Source: an uncultured Candidatus Sumerlaeota bacterium
GTDB taxonomy: Bacteria > CAYMEV01
Direction of reading: 5' to 3'
DNA: 64,000 nt
NCBI GenBank assembly: GCA_964389675.1
Contig: CAYMEV010000001.1
Location: forward strand, 220,539-284,538
How positions within the stretch are numbered: the stretch's first letter is position 1; each line of letters opens with the position of its first letter. The position numbers were made by a program, and so were the translations under genes. The notes below the pieces were generated by a model. The model was not told the DNA's origin, searched no databases, and was given only the letters and a program-made list of their open reading frames with translations. Positions 49,363 to 59,287 of the stretch are shown here, piece by piece.

Positions 49363-50430
49363 ATGCACCTGGACAGGGCTGAATTCCCAAAGGAATATTC
49401 TTCATATATAAAGAAAAAGGTCATATTTCTCATTATATGCCTCTTTTTGCTGATGCTTCTCTTTATCCTGTCTGCATGCTTTGGTTCTGTATTCATACCG
49501 GTAAAGGATGTCATCAGCTCTCTGTTTAATCTGAATGCATCTGACAAATGGAACATCATAATTTTTAATATAAGGCTTCCCCGGGTGCTTACCGCAATAA
49601 TAGCCGGCATAGGCCTTTCTGCAAGCGGTGCTGCCATGCAGTCCCTGCTTCGCAATCCGCTTGGTTCTCCGTTCACACTCGGCATCTCACAGGCTGCAGC
49701 ATTCGGGGCTGCCCTGGCGGTGATGGCTCTCGGGGCAGGAACAATGCAGTCCACTCAGGCTTCTGCTATTACCATCACTAATTACTATCTTACGACCATA
49801 TCAGCTTTTGCCTTCTGCCTGATAACAACAGCAGCCCTGATAGAGATATCAAAGCTGAAAAGGTCATCACCCATGGCCATGATCCTTACAGGCGTCGCAC
49901 TTGGTTCACTGTTCCAGGCCGGCACCATGTTCCTTCAGTTCTTTGCGGATGATGTACAGCTTGCCGCCATGGTCTTCTGGACATTCGGGGATGCAGGGAG
50001 GACGAGCTGGCATGAATTAATGATCATTACCGTTACCGTAGGCATTGCTGTCCTGTTCTTTTTCTCCCAGGCCTGGAAATATAATGCCATTGATGCGGGG
50101 GATGATACAGCAAGGAGCCTCGGCGTTTCGGTTGAGAAAGTGCGGACAGCAGGTATGGTCATTGCGTCCCTGGCAACAGCGGTTATAATTGCTTTTGTCG
50201 GGATAATTGGCTTCATAGGGCTTGTGTCCCCTCATATAGTCAGGAGGATTATCGGGGATGACCACCGGTTCCTGATACCCGGATCCTGCCTTGCAGGTGG
50301 TATCATCCTTCTTTCTGCAGATACGCTTGCAAGGGTAATACTGATACCTCATGTCTTTCCTGTGGCGATCCTTACCTCTTTCCTTGGTGTTCCTGTCTTT
50401 ATCTATCTCATCATTAAGGGGCACAGATGA
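49363..50430 (+). CDS. FecCD/BtuC family permease
   Basis: IRLPR, RNPLGSP and GIIGFIGLVSPH motifs. Confidence 0.92.
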   Translation: MHLDRAEFPKEYSSYIKKKVIFLIICLFLLMLLFILSACFGSVFIPVKDVISSLFNLNASDKWNIIIFNIRLPRVLTAIIAGIGLSASGAAMQSLLRNPLGSPFTLGISQAAAFGAALAVMALGAGTMQSTQASAITITNYYLTTISAFAFCLITTAALIEISKLKRSSPMAMILTGVALGSLFQAGTMFLQFFADDVQLAAMVFWTFGDAGRTSWHELMIITVTVGIAVLFFFSQAWKYNAIDAGDDTARSLGVSVEKVRTAGMVIASLATAVIIAFVGIIGFIGLVSPHIVRRIIGDDHRFLIPGSCLAGGIILLSADTLARVILIPHVFPVAILTSFLGVPVFIYLIIKGHR

Positions 50431-51188
50431 TGAAAATAGATATAAAAGGCCTCTCATTCACCTATAAGCACAATGAAGTATTAAAGGACATATCCTTCTG
50501 TATTGATGAACATGAGATAGTTGCCGTACTTGGCCCTAACGGGGCTGGAAAATCCACGCTTCTTAAATGTATGAACAGGGTTCTTAAATTCAAAAAAGGC
50601 ACTGTAATGATCGGTGAGGATGACATAAACAGCCTCTCACGCCTTGAGATCGCAAGGAAAATAGGCTATGTTGCACAAAACAACGAGGCAGCCCGTATCA
50701 CAGTCTTTGATGCTGTCCTTCTCGGGCGGACCCCTCACATTAACTACAGGGCAGGCAATAAGGACATACTGATCACTGCTGCAATTATTGACAGGCTCAG
50801 GATGAAGCCGCTTTCCCTCCGCTTTATGGATGAACTCAGCGGAGGCGAGCTTCAGAAGGTCTGCATTGCAAGGGCCCTGGTGCAGGAACCTGAGGTTCTT
50901 CTTCTTGATGAGCCAATATCAAGCCTTGATCTGAAAAACCAGATAGAAATACTCAGGCTGCTCCGCAGTGTAGTAGATGGCCACAATGTCTCAGCTGTCG
51001 TGAGCCTTCATGATATTAACATGGCAATACACTATGCTGACCGGATAATTTTCATCAAGGATAAAAAGATACACGCAATATGCAGAAGGCAGGAAATAAC
51101 CCGCAACCTGGTAAAGGAGGTCTACGGCATTGAGATAAGCCTCCATTATATGGACGATATCCCGATAGTCATACCGGCTAAATACTGA
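50427..51188 (+). CDS. FecE/BtuD-like ABC ATPase
   Basis: GPNGAGKST, LSGGE and LLDEP motifs. Confidence 0.92.
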   Translation: MMKIDIKGLSFTYKHNEVLKDISFCIDEHEIVAVLGPNGAGKSTLLKCMNRVLKFKKGTVMIGEDDINSLSRLEIARKIGYVAQNNEAARITVFDAVLLGRTPHINYRAGNKDILITAAIIDRLRMKPLSLRFMDELSGGELQKVCIARALVQEPEVLLLDEPISSLDLKNQIEILRLLRSVVDGHNVSAVVSLHDINMAIHYADRIIFIKDKKIHAICRRQEITRNLVKEVYGIEISLHYMDDIPIVIPAKY

Positions 51189-51377
51189 AATCCTGGATCT
51201 CTGTATTATCCAGGAATATTTGTTCTCCCTATTTCCCGTCCGCTTCCAGGAATATAAGATCCCTGATCCTGACCCTAATATTTTTGCTATTTTTCATGAA
51301 TTTATGCCTTCTGGCCTGTTTTGTCCCCGGTTCGATTATATTGCCGGAAGAAAACCGGGCTTAGATCTGCAGAAAGA

Positions 51378-52035
51378 TTACCCCGCGCACAGAGAATTGT
51401 CCTTTTCATTCTGGATTTCAATGCACATTCTGCATATATCATCTTCTTTAATAATAAATGGTTTTAGTAGCTGAATATTTGATAACCATTCAAGGGGAAA
51501 TGATTTAAGCCTCTGTATAAGGACGCTTTTATCTATATTTGCTTTTTTTTTGGCTATTTTGAGGATCTCTCCCCAGTTATAGGGTTGATTTCGGGAAACT
51601 GCAAAAATGTCAAAGATATCTTTTTCTTCATCCCTGTTGATAACTGCACTGATCTTATTTGTGAAAATATTAATAATATTATCTACCTTAAAGCCTTTAA
51701 TGATACTGCTTTTCCCATACCTGTAGACATGATCATTCACAAAATCAAGCTGAAAATTATTATAAACCATAATCCTCTGGAAATCCCGGTTCTGGATTAC
51801 TCTTTCATATTTTATTCCCAGGCTTTCAAATTTACTCATGATCTCTCTAATATCTTCACTGAATATATTCTCGGTACTGCAAAAAAAAAACCAGATCATC
51901 AGAATACCTCAGCTTAAAATAGAACCTGTGCAGAGCAGTACCGCCTGTCAGGTAAAATCCATTATCAAGGCTGAATACTATTTTCAGTATTTTATCCTGC
52001 AGTGAGTAGATATAATTATAATCTATTTTTTCCAT
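51378..52035 (-). pseudogene. AbiEii/AbiGii-like nucleotidyltransferase toxin, frameshifted
   Basis: ATG 52035 gives MEKIDY…LTGGTALHRFY…RYSDDL, then a T10 tract (A10 at 51881-51890) shifts frame into …NK…RDEEKDIFDI; total 658 nt = 3n+1. Confidence 0.85.
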
Positions 52036-52337
52036 TCAAGGCCTGAAATATAATTATTTTCTCCAAACAGGATATTCCTCAGTATCTTTATCTGCCTGTT
52101 GATATATCTTTTATTATAAGAGGCTGAGAATGAGTCAAAAAGCTCCTTAAGCTCTTCTTTATCAAATATTGAGAGGCTCTTTAACCTGTCTCTGGAGTTA
52201 TACATAATTCTGGAAAACAGCTTCTTCTTCATTCTGAAATTATGAGATTCTATAATACTTTTGATATCATCTGATGAAATATTATAATCCCAGTAGCAAT
52301 CCTTTATTATCTCATCAATAATACTTTCAGTATTCAT
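52023..52337 (-). CDS. Small hypothetical protein, probable antitoxin partner
   Basis: 104 aa, YWDY motif; overlaps the toxin start by 13 nt. Confidence 0.65.
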   Translation of the reverse strand: MNTESIIDEIIKDCYWDYNISSDDIKSIIESHNFRMKKKLFSRIMYNSRDRLKSLSIFDKEELKELFDSFSASYNKRYINRQIKILRNILFGENNYISGLEWKK

Positions 52338-52393
52338 AGGACAATTTTAGGAGGTTTTATAAAGCAAATCAATAAAAACTAAAAGAAAATGGG

Positions 52394-52424
52394 AAAAAAT
52401 AAGCCCGTATATACGGGCTTATTT
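52394..52424 (-). terminator. Intrinsic terminator after Tld pair 3
   Basis: Perfect 28-bp palindrome AAATAAGCCCGTAT|ATACGGGCTTATTT (52397-52424) with a T run on the minus strand. Confidence 0.85.
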
Positions 52425-52441
52425 AATTTATATGGTTTTTT

Positions 52442-54292
52442 CTACTGCTTTTTCAAAGGGCTCGGTATGACAGGGGGCTTTGTAGTGACAGGCCTTTTTT
52501 CCTTTTTCAGCTCAAGGCTTTCAAATAAAATCGCGTCAGGAACTATGAAAGATGAAGGTATCCCGCTTAAAGGCCATCCTGTCGGCCCGAAATAGAGCAT
52601 CATCCGCCCGAAGCCCCTGCTTGAGGCTGTATCCACAATTATTGTATTATAGGCTGTCATTTCATCAGACCATCCAATAATATCCCTGAAGGCCCTGGCT
52701 GAGATTGAACTCATATCCGCTGACCTGACAAGCTCTTCCCTTCCATCCTCCGCATATACCTTGTAAACATAGACAGGCTTTATGGAGGGCTGTGACATTG
52801 CTGAAGGCCCCTGAGACATCATATAGATCAAGGAAAGCGGGTCGGACTCCATATTGACATTTGCCGTGGGAGACTGGACTTTTCTTATTATTATGCCGTA
52901 TTCAAGCCCTTCATCCCTGGCAGTTTCCAAAAGCAGTTCCTTCAGCTCCTTTCTGCTCAGGCCTTTTTCATCAGCCTCCATTCTTATTACTCCAGGCCCT
53001 ATCTGGTTTTCCATCCTGTTTCCGGACAGGGACAGCCTGTTGTGGCCATTGCTTTCTCTGATTTTTGCAGTCGGTGTCCTGCCGTTGAGAAGTGTCTTCA
53101 GGATGCCATTTTCCACCAGTATGAGCTCTTCCGGAGGTTCAACCCCCTCGGCATCGACCTGGAAGCTTCCTGTCAGCACTGTGTCCTTAAAGCTTTTCAG
53201 CCCCGGGACTGCCTTTATTGTGAATTCTTTTGGAAGAAGCCTTTTTTCCAGCATGTCCTCGAAGTTATCCCCTAAAATAGAGCCTACATAGGAAGCTATC
53301 CTGCTGTCGCTGTAAATCGGGTCTCTCATTGCATTCATGCCTGAATTGCTTGAAAAAAGGCTCTGGGCTATTGACTCTCCCACTGCATCCCCTTCAAAAA
53401 GCACAGGCCCCATATATGAGTCATCAAAGGGCTCTGCTTCTCTAAGGAGAATAGTCCTTTCCGCAAGAAGCCTGATTTCTTTCCTGATAATTTCAGGGGC
53501 TGGCAGGTCTTCCGGGGTATTGCCGAAATATGTAAGGTAATCAAAAACAGGCTCGCCGTCGTCTGCCTGAGTATATGCATCAGCATACAGGGCTGCAAAA
53601 TTAAAAGGAACCTTTGTACAGGTCCCTTCTGAATCTGAAAAATAAACATCAGCGCTGTAAAAATAGACTGATACCCCTGAGCTGAAAATATCAGGATATT
53701 CCATAAAGAGCGCGGATACGTCCCGTGCAATGGTTTCCCACTCCTGTCTGTTATATTCTAACCTGCTGGAAGGCATTATAACAGTGCTTTTTGCTTTTTT
53801 TGCAAAGTCGGGCAGGTTTGCTGTATCTTCAGGCAGATTCTGCTGGCCTATTGCAGATATTTTGCTTTCATAAAGCTCCGCAGCCTGCTTGTATGCCCTG
53901 TCCGTGCTTAACCATAGCGCTCTTCTTATGCCGAAATAATTCTCATCCACAGGAAGGCTGTAACTGCTTGTCCCGCTCTTTCCGCTCATGTCGAAGAAGT
54001 TCTCATTGCTCCTCTCATAGCTCCCGGTCATGACCCTTGTACTAAGGTACTTGTTCGGCTTTTCTGTCACTGAGATCAGTGAGCCTAAGGATGCCCTTAT
54101 GACAAGATAGTCTCCATCCAGAATGGTATAGCTTATAAAAAAGGGCTTCTGAAGGTTTTCGATCTCCAGCTTTTCAATGCTTCTTTTCATCTCTTCCTTC
54201 ATGGTATTGAAAAACAGCTCTTCATTGCCGAAGCTGATGAATGAAAATACTGCGATCAGCAATAAAGCAGTAAATATTGTCTTATTCTTCAT
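52442..54292 (-). CDS. Exported PmbA/TldE-like protein (pair 3)
   Basis: Sec-type signal; YMGPVL, DAEG, ENGIL and SNGH motifs; no HExxxH. Confidence 0.8.
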   Translation of the reverse strand: MKNKTIFTALLLIAVFSFISFGNEELFFNTMKEEMKRSIEKLEIENLQKPFFISYTILDGDYLVIRASLGSLISVTEKPNKYLSTRVMTGSYERSNENFFDMSGKSGTSSYSLPVDENYFGIRRALWLSTDRAYKQAAELYESKISAIGQQNLPEDTANLPDFAKKAKSTVIMPSSRLEYNRQEWETIARDVSALFMEYPDIFSSGVSVYFYSADVYFSDSEGTCTKVPFNFAALYADAYTQADDGEPVFDYLTYFGNTPEDLPAPEIIRKEIRLLAERTILLREAEPFDDSYMGPVLFEGDAVGESIAQSLFSSNSGMNAMRDPIYSDSRIASYVGSILGDNFEDMLEKRLLPKEFTIKAVPGLKSFKDTVLTGSFQVDAEGVEPPEELILVENGILKTLLNGRTPTAKIRESNGHNRLSLSGNRMENQIGPGVIRMEADEKGLSRKELKELLLETARDEGLEYGIIIRKVQSPTANVNMESDPLSLIYMMSQGPSAMSQPSIKPVYVYKVYAEDGREELVRSADMSSISARAFRDIIGWSDEMTAYNTIIVDTASSRGFGRMMLYFGPTGWPLSGIPSSFIVPDAILFESLELKKEKRPVTTKPPVIPSPLKKQ

Positions 54293-55982
54293 TTTTCTGC
54301 TCCTTTGGGTTTATATCAGGCCTCGGAAGCAAGGGGGGCCTGTCCTGTGATTTATCCTTTCTTTGCGTCTCTATCATCTTGACATAGATATATGGTGAAA
54401 TAGCAGATACAGGAACAGCACCTGATTCCGCACCGCAGTATCCGACGAATATGCCCGGCTCTCCGCCTGCCTCTGAGATCTGGGAGAACATGGAAAGCGG
54501 AGTCCCTATCATATCCACTCCCCTTACAAGCTCATCATCCCTCCCGTCTGCATAGATCCTGTAGACCTCTATCGGCGTGACATTGAATGCATTCGGCACA
54601 TATCTTCCTGTCATGGTAAAACCGCCGACAGTGCTTACGAAAAGATAACCGTATTCCTTGCCCTGCTCTTTCAGGTCATTAATCATTATCTGTTTGAGGT
54701 CTTCATAAGTATAATCCCTGTCAGTCTCAATAAACATATTAGACTGCCTTGTAACAGGCTGATATCCTACCTGCGCCCTTCCATGGCCGTTTGAGCTGGA
54801 AAATCCCTCTATGGGGCTTCTTGACATGAGGAACTGCTTGAGTACGCCGTTCTTTACCACCTCGACCCTTTGCCCCTCTACACCCTCATCATCATACCTG
54901 TAATATCCAGAAAGGTCATGGCCTGCATATTCTCTTGCCTGAGGGTCAAAAATGACGCTCATATGGTCCGGCAGGACAAGCTCGCCGACCATATCCTTGA
55001 AAGTCTGTCCGTCGGATGCGCTCTTCTGCCTCTGGCCCTCAAGCCTGTGCCCGAATATCTCATGAAAGAAAACACTGGCAGCGCTCCCCGACATTATGGC
55101 AGGCCCTGAATAGGGTTCTGCAAGAGGAGCATCCTTTAACCTTGAAAGTGTGTCTATCATATTCTCAATATCCCTGATTATTACATCATCCTGCGGGAGG
55201 TCATCAGGATCATAGGCGAAATAGCTCTTATAAAGCGGCATTACCATGCCGTCGTCAGCCTTTATGGTCCCGCTGATCTGAAGGCCTGAATATGTAAAAT
55301 TATACACGGTCTTTGTTCCCTCACTTGAGACAAAGTACTTTCTCTCAATGTAATAGTTCATTGATGCGCTGCATTCATAGATATCCTTTTCCTCCAGGAA
55401 AAGGCGGGAATACCTGTTCACCTTCTCTTCCCATTTATCCATGTCTATGCCCGCATTCTCAACAGGAGGCTCATAATATACACTGGGCTCGACCCTGCTG
55501 AATGAATCGCTCATGTCCTCCTTCTCCACCTTGACAGCCATATTTGCCTTTACCTTAGCAAGCTTATCCACAGCCTTTTTATATTCAGCATCTGTGTTTT
55601 TCCATATTATGGCCTTTATGGCCTCAGCATTGTCATCAAGAGGCAGGCTTACAGCATTTGGCATACTGTAGAAATAAGCAGTTCTGTCCCCCCTTATCTC
55701 CTCAGAATTATCAAGCCGGTAATCTCCAACCCGGACAGTAACAGTCAGTTTTCTTTGCCTGTTATTGTCCCTGCCCATTGAATTTCCGAAACTGCTCCCA
55801 ACAGACCAGCTTTCAAGGTCACTTACCCTGTAGCTTATAAAATAAGGGGGTATCTCTTCGCCCTTCAGCAGGTTCATCTCTCTTGCGACTTCCTCCTCAA
55901 GGGTTTTAATGAGCGTATCCTCTGAAAAAGCCATGCTTGCAGAAAGCAGGAAACAGATAAACAGGACCATTATTCTTTTCAT
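54282..55982 (-). CDS. Exported TldD-like metalloprotease (pair 3)
   Basis: Sec-type signal (…AFS); HEIFGH, DDEG, SNGHGR and CGAESG motifs. Confidence 0.88.
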   Translation of the reverse strand: MKRIMVLFICFLLSASMAFSEDTLIKTLEEEVAREMNLLKGEEIPPYFISYRVSDLESWSVGSSFGNSMGRDNNRQRKLTVTVRVGDYRLDNSEEIRGDRTAYFYSMPNAVSLPLDDNAEAIKAIIWKNTDAEYKKAVDKLAKVKANMAVKVEKEDMSDSFSRVEPSVYYEPPVENAGIDMDKWEEKVNRYSRLFLEEKDIYECSASMNYYIERKYFVSSEGTKTVYNFTYSGLQISGTIKADDGMVMPLYKSYFAYDPDDLPQDDVIIRDIENMIDTLSRLKDAPLAEPYSGPAIMSGSAASVFFHEIFGHRLEGQRQKSASDGQTFKDMVGELVLPDHMSVIFDPQAREYAGHDLSGYYRYDDEGVEGQRVEVVKNGVLKQFLMSRSPIEGFSSSNGHGRAQVGYQPVTRQSNMFIETDRDYTYEDLKQIMINDLKEQGKEYGYLFVSTVGGFTMTGRYVPNAFNVTPIEVYRIYADGRDDELVRGVDMIGTPLSMFSQISEAGGEPGIFVGYCGAESGAVPVSAISPYIYVKMIETQRKDKSQDRPPLLPRPDINPKEQKNEE

Positions 55983-56084
55983 AAAGCACTCCTAAATACA
56001 TGATTTTGTTTTTGTTAGTTTTACGAAATAATTGCAGAAAGGTTGCATGAAACGGTGAATTTAAGGCAGATTTATGAAAAATTA

Positions 56085-56675
56085 TCAGTAAAGGATCGTA
56101 AATTCCTCAAGCCAGATAACCTCACAGGAACCGCCTGCCGTATCATTTCTTGTCATTGAGCTTTTCCACCTCCAGCCGTCATCTGCCGTTACACTGACAA
56201 GATATCCCTTCAGCTCGACAATATTGCCCTTTTTTACCCTGGAAAGCTCATCCCTGATCATATCATCATCTGTCAGCATATGCATATTTGCGCTATGCGT
56301 CTCGATCTCTTTTCTTGGTATGGGAAAATGCTCCACTTTCCAGTGATACCACCTGTTGCTCTGGGTGATCCTGATCTCGTCAAGGACTTTTGAATCTGAC
56401 ATGGGGCCCCAGCCCATTGCAAAGTCATAATTTGAAAGGTCAGCCTCCCTGCCTCCTCTGTATTTCTTTGCACTTAGCACCCTTGCCTTCAGCCTGAACT
56501 CAGCCATTTTTGTAATGGTATAATCGCCGGAAACGAAAGATTCCTGGGGATTCAGGTTGACCTGCAGGGGTTCCTCTTCCGCAAGGACACCTTCTTCCCT
56601 TTCAATTTCAGCCTGCCCGCTGAAGAACAGAAAATATGCCGCAATTATTAAAACGGCTGCAATTACAATTTTCAT
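56085..56675 (-). CDS. Membrane-anchored hypothetical protein
   Basis: N-terminal TM; WGPMSD, HSANMH and RND…SCE motifs; 4-nt overlap with wecB. Confidence 0.7.
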   Translation of the reverse strand: MKIVIAAVLIIAAYFLFFSGQAEIEREEGVLAEEEPLQVNLNPQESFVSGDYTITKMAEFRLKARVLSAKKYRGGREADLSNYDFAMGWGPMSDSKVLDEIRITQSNRWYHWKVEHFPIPRKEIETHSANMHMLTDDDMIRDELSRVKKGNIVELKGYLVSVTADDGWRWKSSMTRNDTAGGSCEVIWLEEFTILY

Positions 56676-57793
56676 CTTAAAACATATAGCTCCTGCAGTA
56701 TTTTTCTTATCTTTATGGATGCTGTCCCGTCCCCGTAGGGATTAACTGCCTTTGACATCCGGCTGTACAGCTCTGGGTCATGAAGAAGCTCTACCAGGCT
56801 GTTTTTGATATTTTCCATATTATTGCCGACAAGCAGTGCAACCCCGGCCCTTATGCCCTCCATCCTCTCGGTTACATTTCTCATGACAAGGACAGGCTTT
56901 CCAAGCGCAGGGGCCTCTTCCTGTATGCCACCTGAATCAGTCAGGACAAGGCAGCATTTGTTCATAATATATATCAGGTATGGATAATCAAGGGGCTCTA
57001 TAAGGTGTATATTCGGGATATTCCCCAGTATAGCCCCTACAGGCCTTCTGACATTGGGATTGAGGTGCACCGGGTAGACAAACTCAACATCTTCGGTAAG
57101 GGCTATGCCTTTTATTGCATTGCACATATCCTCAAAGGGCTTGCCGAAGCTTTCCCTCCTGTGCCCTGTCACCAGGATCACCTTCTTTGAGAAATCCAGA
57201 AAGTTGAAAAAATCCCTGTAAACAGCATCAGATCGCTTTATAATACCGAGGCCCTTCAGCAGGGCATCAATTACAGTATTGCCGACCTTATAGACATTCT
57301 TCCTTATCCCTTCCTTTTTCAGGTTATCAACCGCTTCCTTTGTAGGGGCAAAATGCAGGTCAGCCATATGCCCTGTAAGTGTCCTGTTCATTTCCTCTGG
57401 AAAGGGTGAGTACTTGAACCTGCTTCTTAAGCCTGCCTCAACATGAACTACCCTTACCCTGTTGTAATAGCCGGCAAGTGCCCCGGCAAATGTGGTGGTT
57501 GTATCTCCCTGCACAATGATTATATCAGGCCTGAGATCATCAAGGACACTGCCTATGCCTCTGAGGCAGAGAGCTGTTATATCGAAAAGGTTCTGGTCAT
57601 CCTTCATAAGGTCAAGGTCATAATCGGTATCAATCCCGAAAAAATCAAGTACCTGGTCAAGCATGTGCCTGTGCTGTGCAGTAACACATACCTTCACGTC
57701 AAATCCATCAGAGCCTTTCAGCTCGCTTATAAGAGGTGCAAGCTTGATAGCCTCCGGCCTTGTGCCGAATATAAAGAGTGTCTTTAGCATCAC
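56672..57793 (-). CDS. wecB: UDP-GlcNAc 2-epimerase (non-hydrolysing)
   Basis: GTRPEAIK, QGDT, HVEAGLRS, HRRE and DSGGIQEE motifs. Confidence 0.95.
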   Translation of the reverse strand: MMLKTLFIFGTRPEAIKLAPLISELKGSDGFDVKVCVTAQHRHMLDQVLDFFGIDTDYDLDLMKDDQNLFDITALCLRGIGSVLDDLRPDIIIVQGDTTTTFAGALAGYYNRVRVVHVEAGLRSRFKYSPFPEEMNRTLTGHMADLHFAPTKEAVDNLKKEGIRKNVYKVGNTVIDALLKGLGIIKRSDAVYRDFFNFLDFSKKVILVTGHRRESFGKPFEDMCNAIKGIALTEDVEFVYPVHLNPNVRRPVGAILGNIPNIHLIEPLDYPYLIYIMNKCCLVLTDSGGIQEEAPALGKPVLVMRNVTERMEGIRAGVALLVGNNMENIKNSLVELLHDPELYSRMSKAVNPYGDGTASIKIRKILQELYVLR

Positions 57794-57799
57794 TTCTCC

Positions 57800-59170
57800 T
57801 TAAAAGGCATTGCGCCATGATTTCCTGCTGAATATTGTAAGCAGTATTATCTTTAAATCAAGCCAAAAAGACCAGTTGTTTATATACCACAGATCATATT
57901 CGATCCTTTTTTGCCTTCTTTCATCAGTATCAGTCGGGCCTCTCCAGCCGTTGACCTGAGCCCAGCCAGTGATACCGGGCTTTACATAGTATCTCAGCAT
58001 ATACCACTCCACCTGGTCCTGCAGTATCCTGTCAAGCTCTGTCCTGTGAGGCCTAGGGCCGACAACGCTCATGTCCCCTTTCAGGACATTATAGAACTGA
58101 GGAAGCTCATCAATGTTCAGCTTCCTGAGGATGCCTCCAAGGGGGAATATCCTCTCATCATCCCTTCTTGTAGATTCGCCGGGCTCCTTTTTAGAATGAT
58201 ACATTGTCCTTAGCTTAAAAAGCCTGAACCTGTTGCCCTGGCTTCCTGTCCTCTCAGCCCTGTAGAACACTGGCCCCCTGGAGCTGAGCTTTATCAGGAG
58301 AGCAAGAACCGGGAAAAACGGCAGGAAGGCCATAATGACAATAAAGGAAAATAAAATATCAAAAAGCCTCTTCTTCATTGAATTTGAATATTTGTCAAGG
58401 GGGGTATTCCTGAGGCTGGCAACCGGAATACCTGAGATATATGATATATCGGAAATATTTTCATACCCTGCAAGGTCTAATGCTATTTTGACCCTGATCC
58501 CATGATAGTTTGCCGATTCTATTATCCTGTCCCTGCTTTTTTCCCTGCCTTCAGGCAGGGAAATGATTATCTCATCGGCATTATATGCCTCTACTGCCTT
58601 TTTTACTTCAGAAAGCTTTCCTATTACTGATTCCCCACCGTCATCATCCAGAAAACCGCAAAAACTATATATATTGAACTCACTGTCCTTTACCAGCTCA
58701 TCCATTATTCTTCTCCCGATCTCTCCCTTGCCTGCAATGATGACATTTGACCTTTTTATCCCCTTTGAAATTGCCCTCCATATAAATTTCCTGAAGATCC
58801 CATATACTGCTGTCTGAAGCAAAAAGAAGATCAGAATAGTGCCATAAACGGCAATACGCGAAAGCAGAAGCTCTTTGACGGAAAAGGCAAGCATGGATGC
58901 TATGGATGTGAGAAGGAATGCCTTTATTATATTTACTGCGGTTTCACTCCTGAAAGTGCTGTAATTTCCGCTTTTAAGCCTGTTTCCTATCATAATGCAG
59001 AAGCCCCATGCAAGGTTCATGAAAAGCAGGAAGAAAAAATACCGTTCCCCGACAGAAAGCAGGCCGCCATGCCCCTTTATGAACATCACAGTAATTATAA
59101 TGGATATGTTGAGCAGGATAAAATCAATAACAGATAAGATCAACTGATAATAAAAATATGCTTTTCCCAT
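57800..59170 (-). CDS. Polyprenyl-phosphate glycosylphosphotransferase (WcaJ-like)
   Basis: KRLFD, DELPQ…GDMSVVGPRP, KPGITGWAQ and D..Y motifs. Confidence 0.92.
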   Translation of the reverse strand: MGKAYFYYQLILSVIDFILLNISIIITVMFIKGHGGLLSVGERYFFFLLFMNLAWGFCIMIGNRLKSGNYSTFRSETAVNIIKAFLLTSIASMLAFSVKELLLSRIAVYGTILIFFLLQTAVYGIFRKFIWRAISKGIKRSNVIIAGKGEIGRRIMDELVKDSEFNIYSFCGFLDDDGGESVIGKLSEVKKAVEAYNADEIIISLPEGREKSRDRIIESANYHGIRVKIALDLAGYENISDISYISGIPVASLRNTPLDKYSNSMKKRLFDILFSFIVIMAFLPFFPVLALLIKLSSRGPVFYRAERTGSQGNRFRLFKLRTMYHSKKEPGESTRRDDERIFPLGGILRKLNIDELPQFYNVLKGDMSVVGPRPHRTELDRILQDQVEWYMLRYYVKPGITGWAQVNGWRGPTDTDERRQKRIEYDLWYINNWSFWLDLKIILLTIFSRKSWRNAF

Positions 59171-59287
59171 ATATTGTATCCCGGGATCAAGTATAATAAT
59201 TTTTTTGAAATAGTAAATAATTTGATTTTCAATCCATCTGGTATAATATCAGACAGAAGATTAAAATTTTTATCTGGAAACAGTCAA

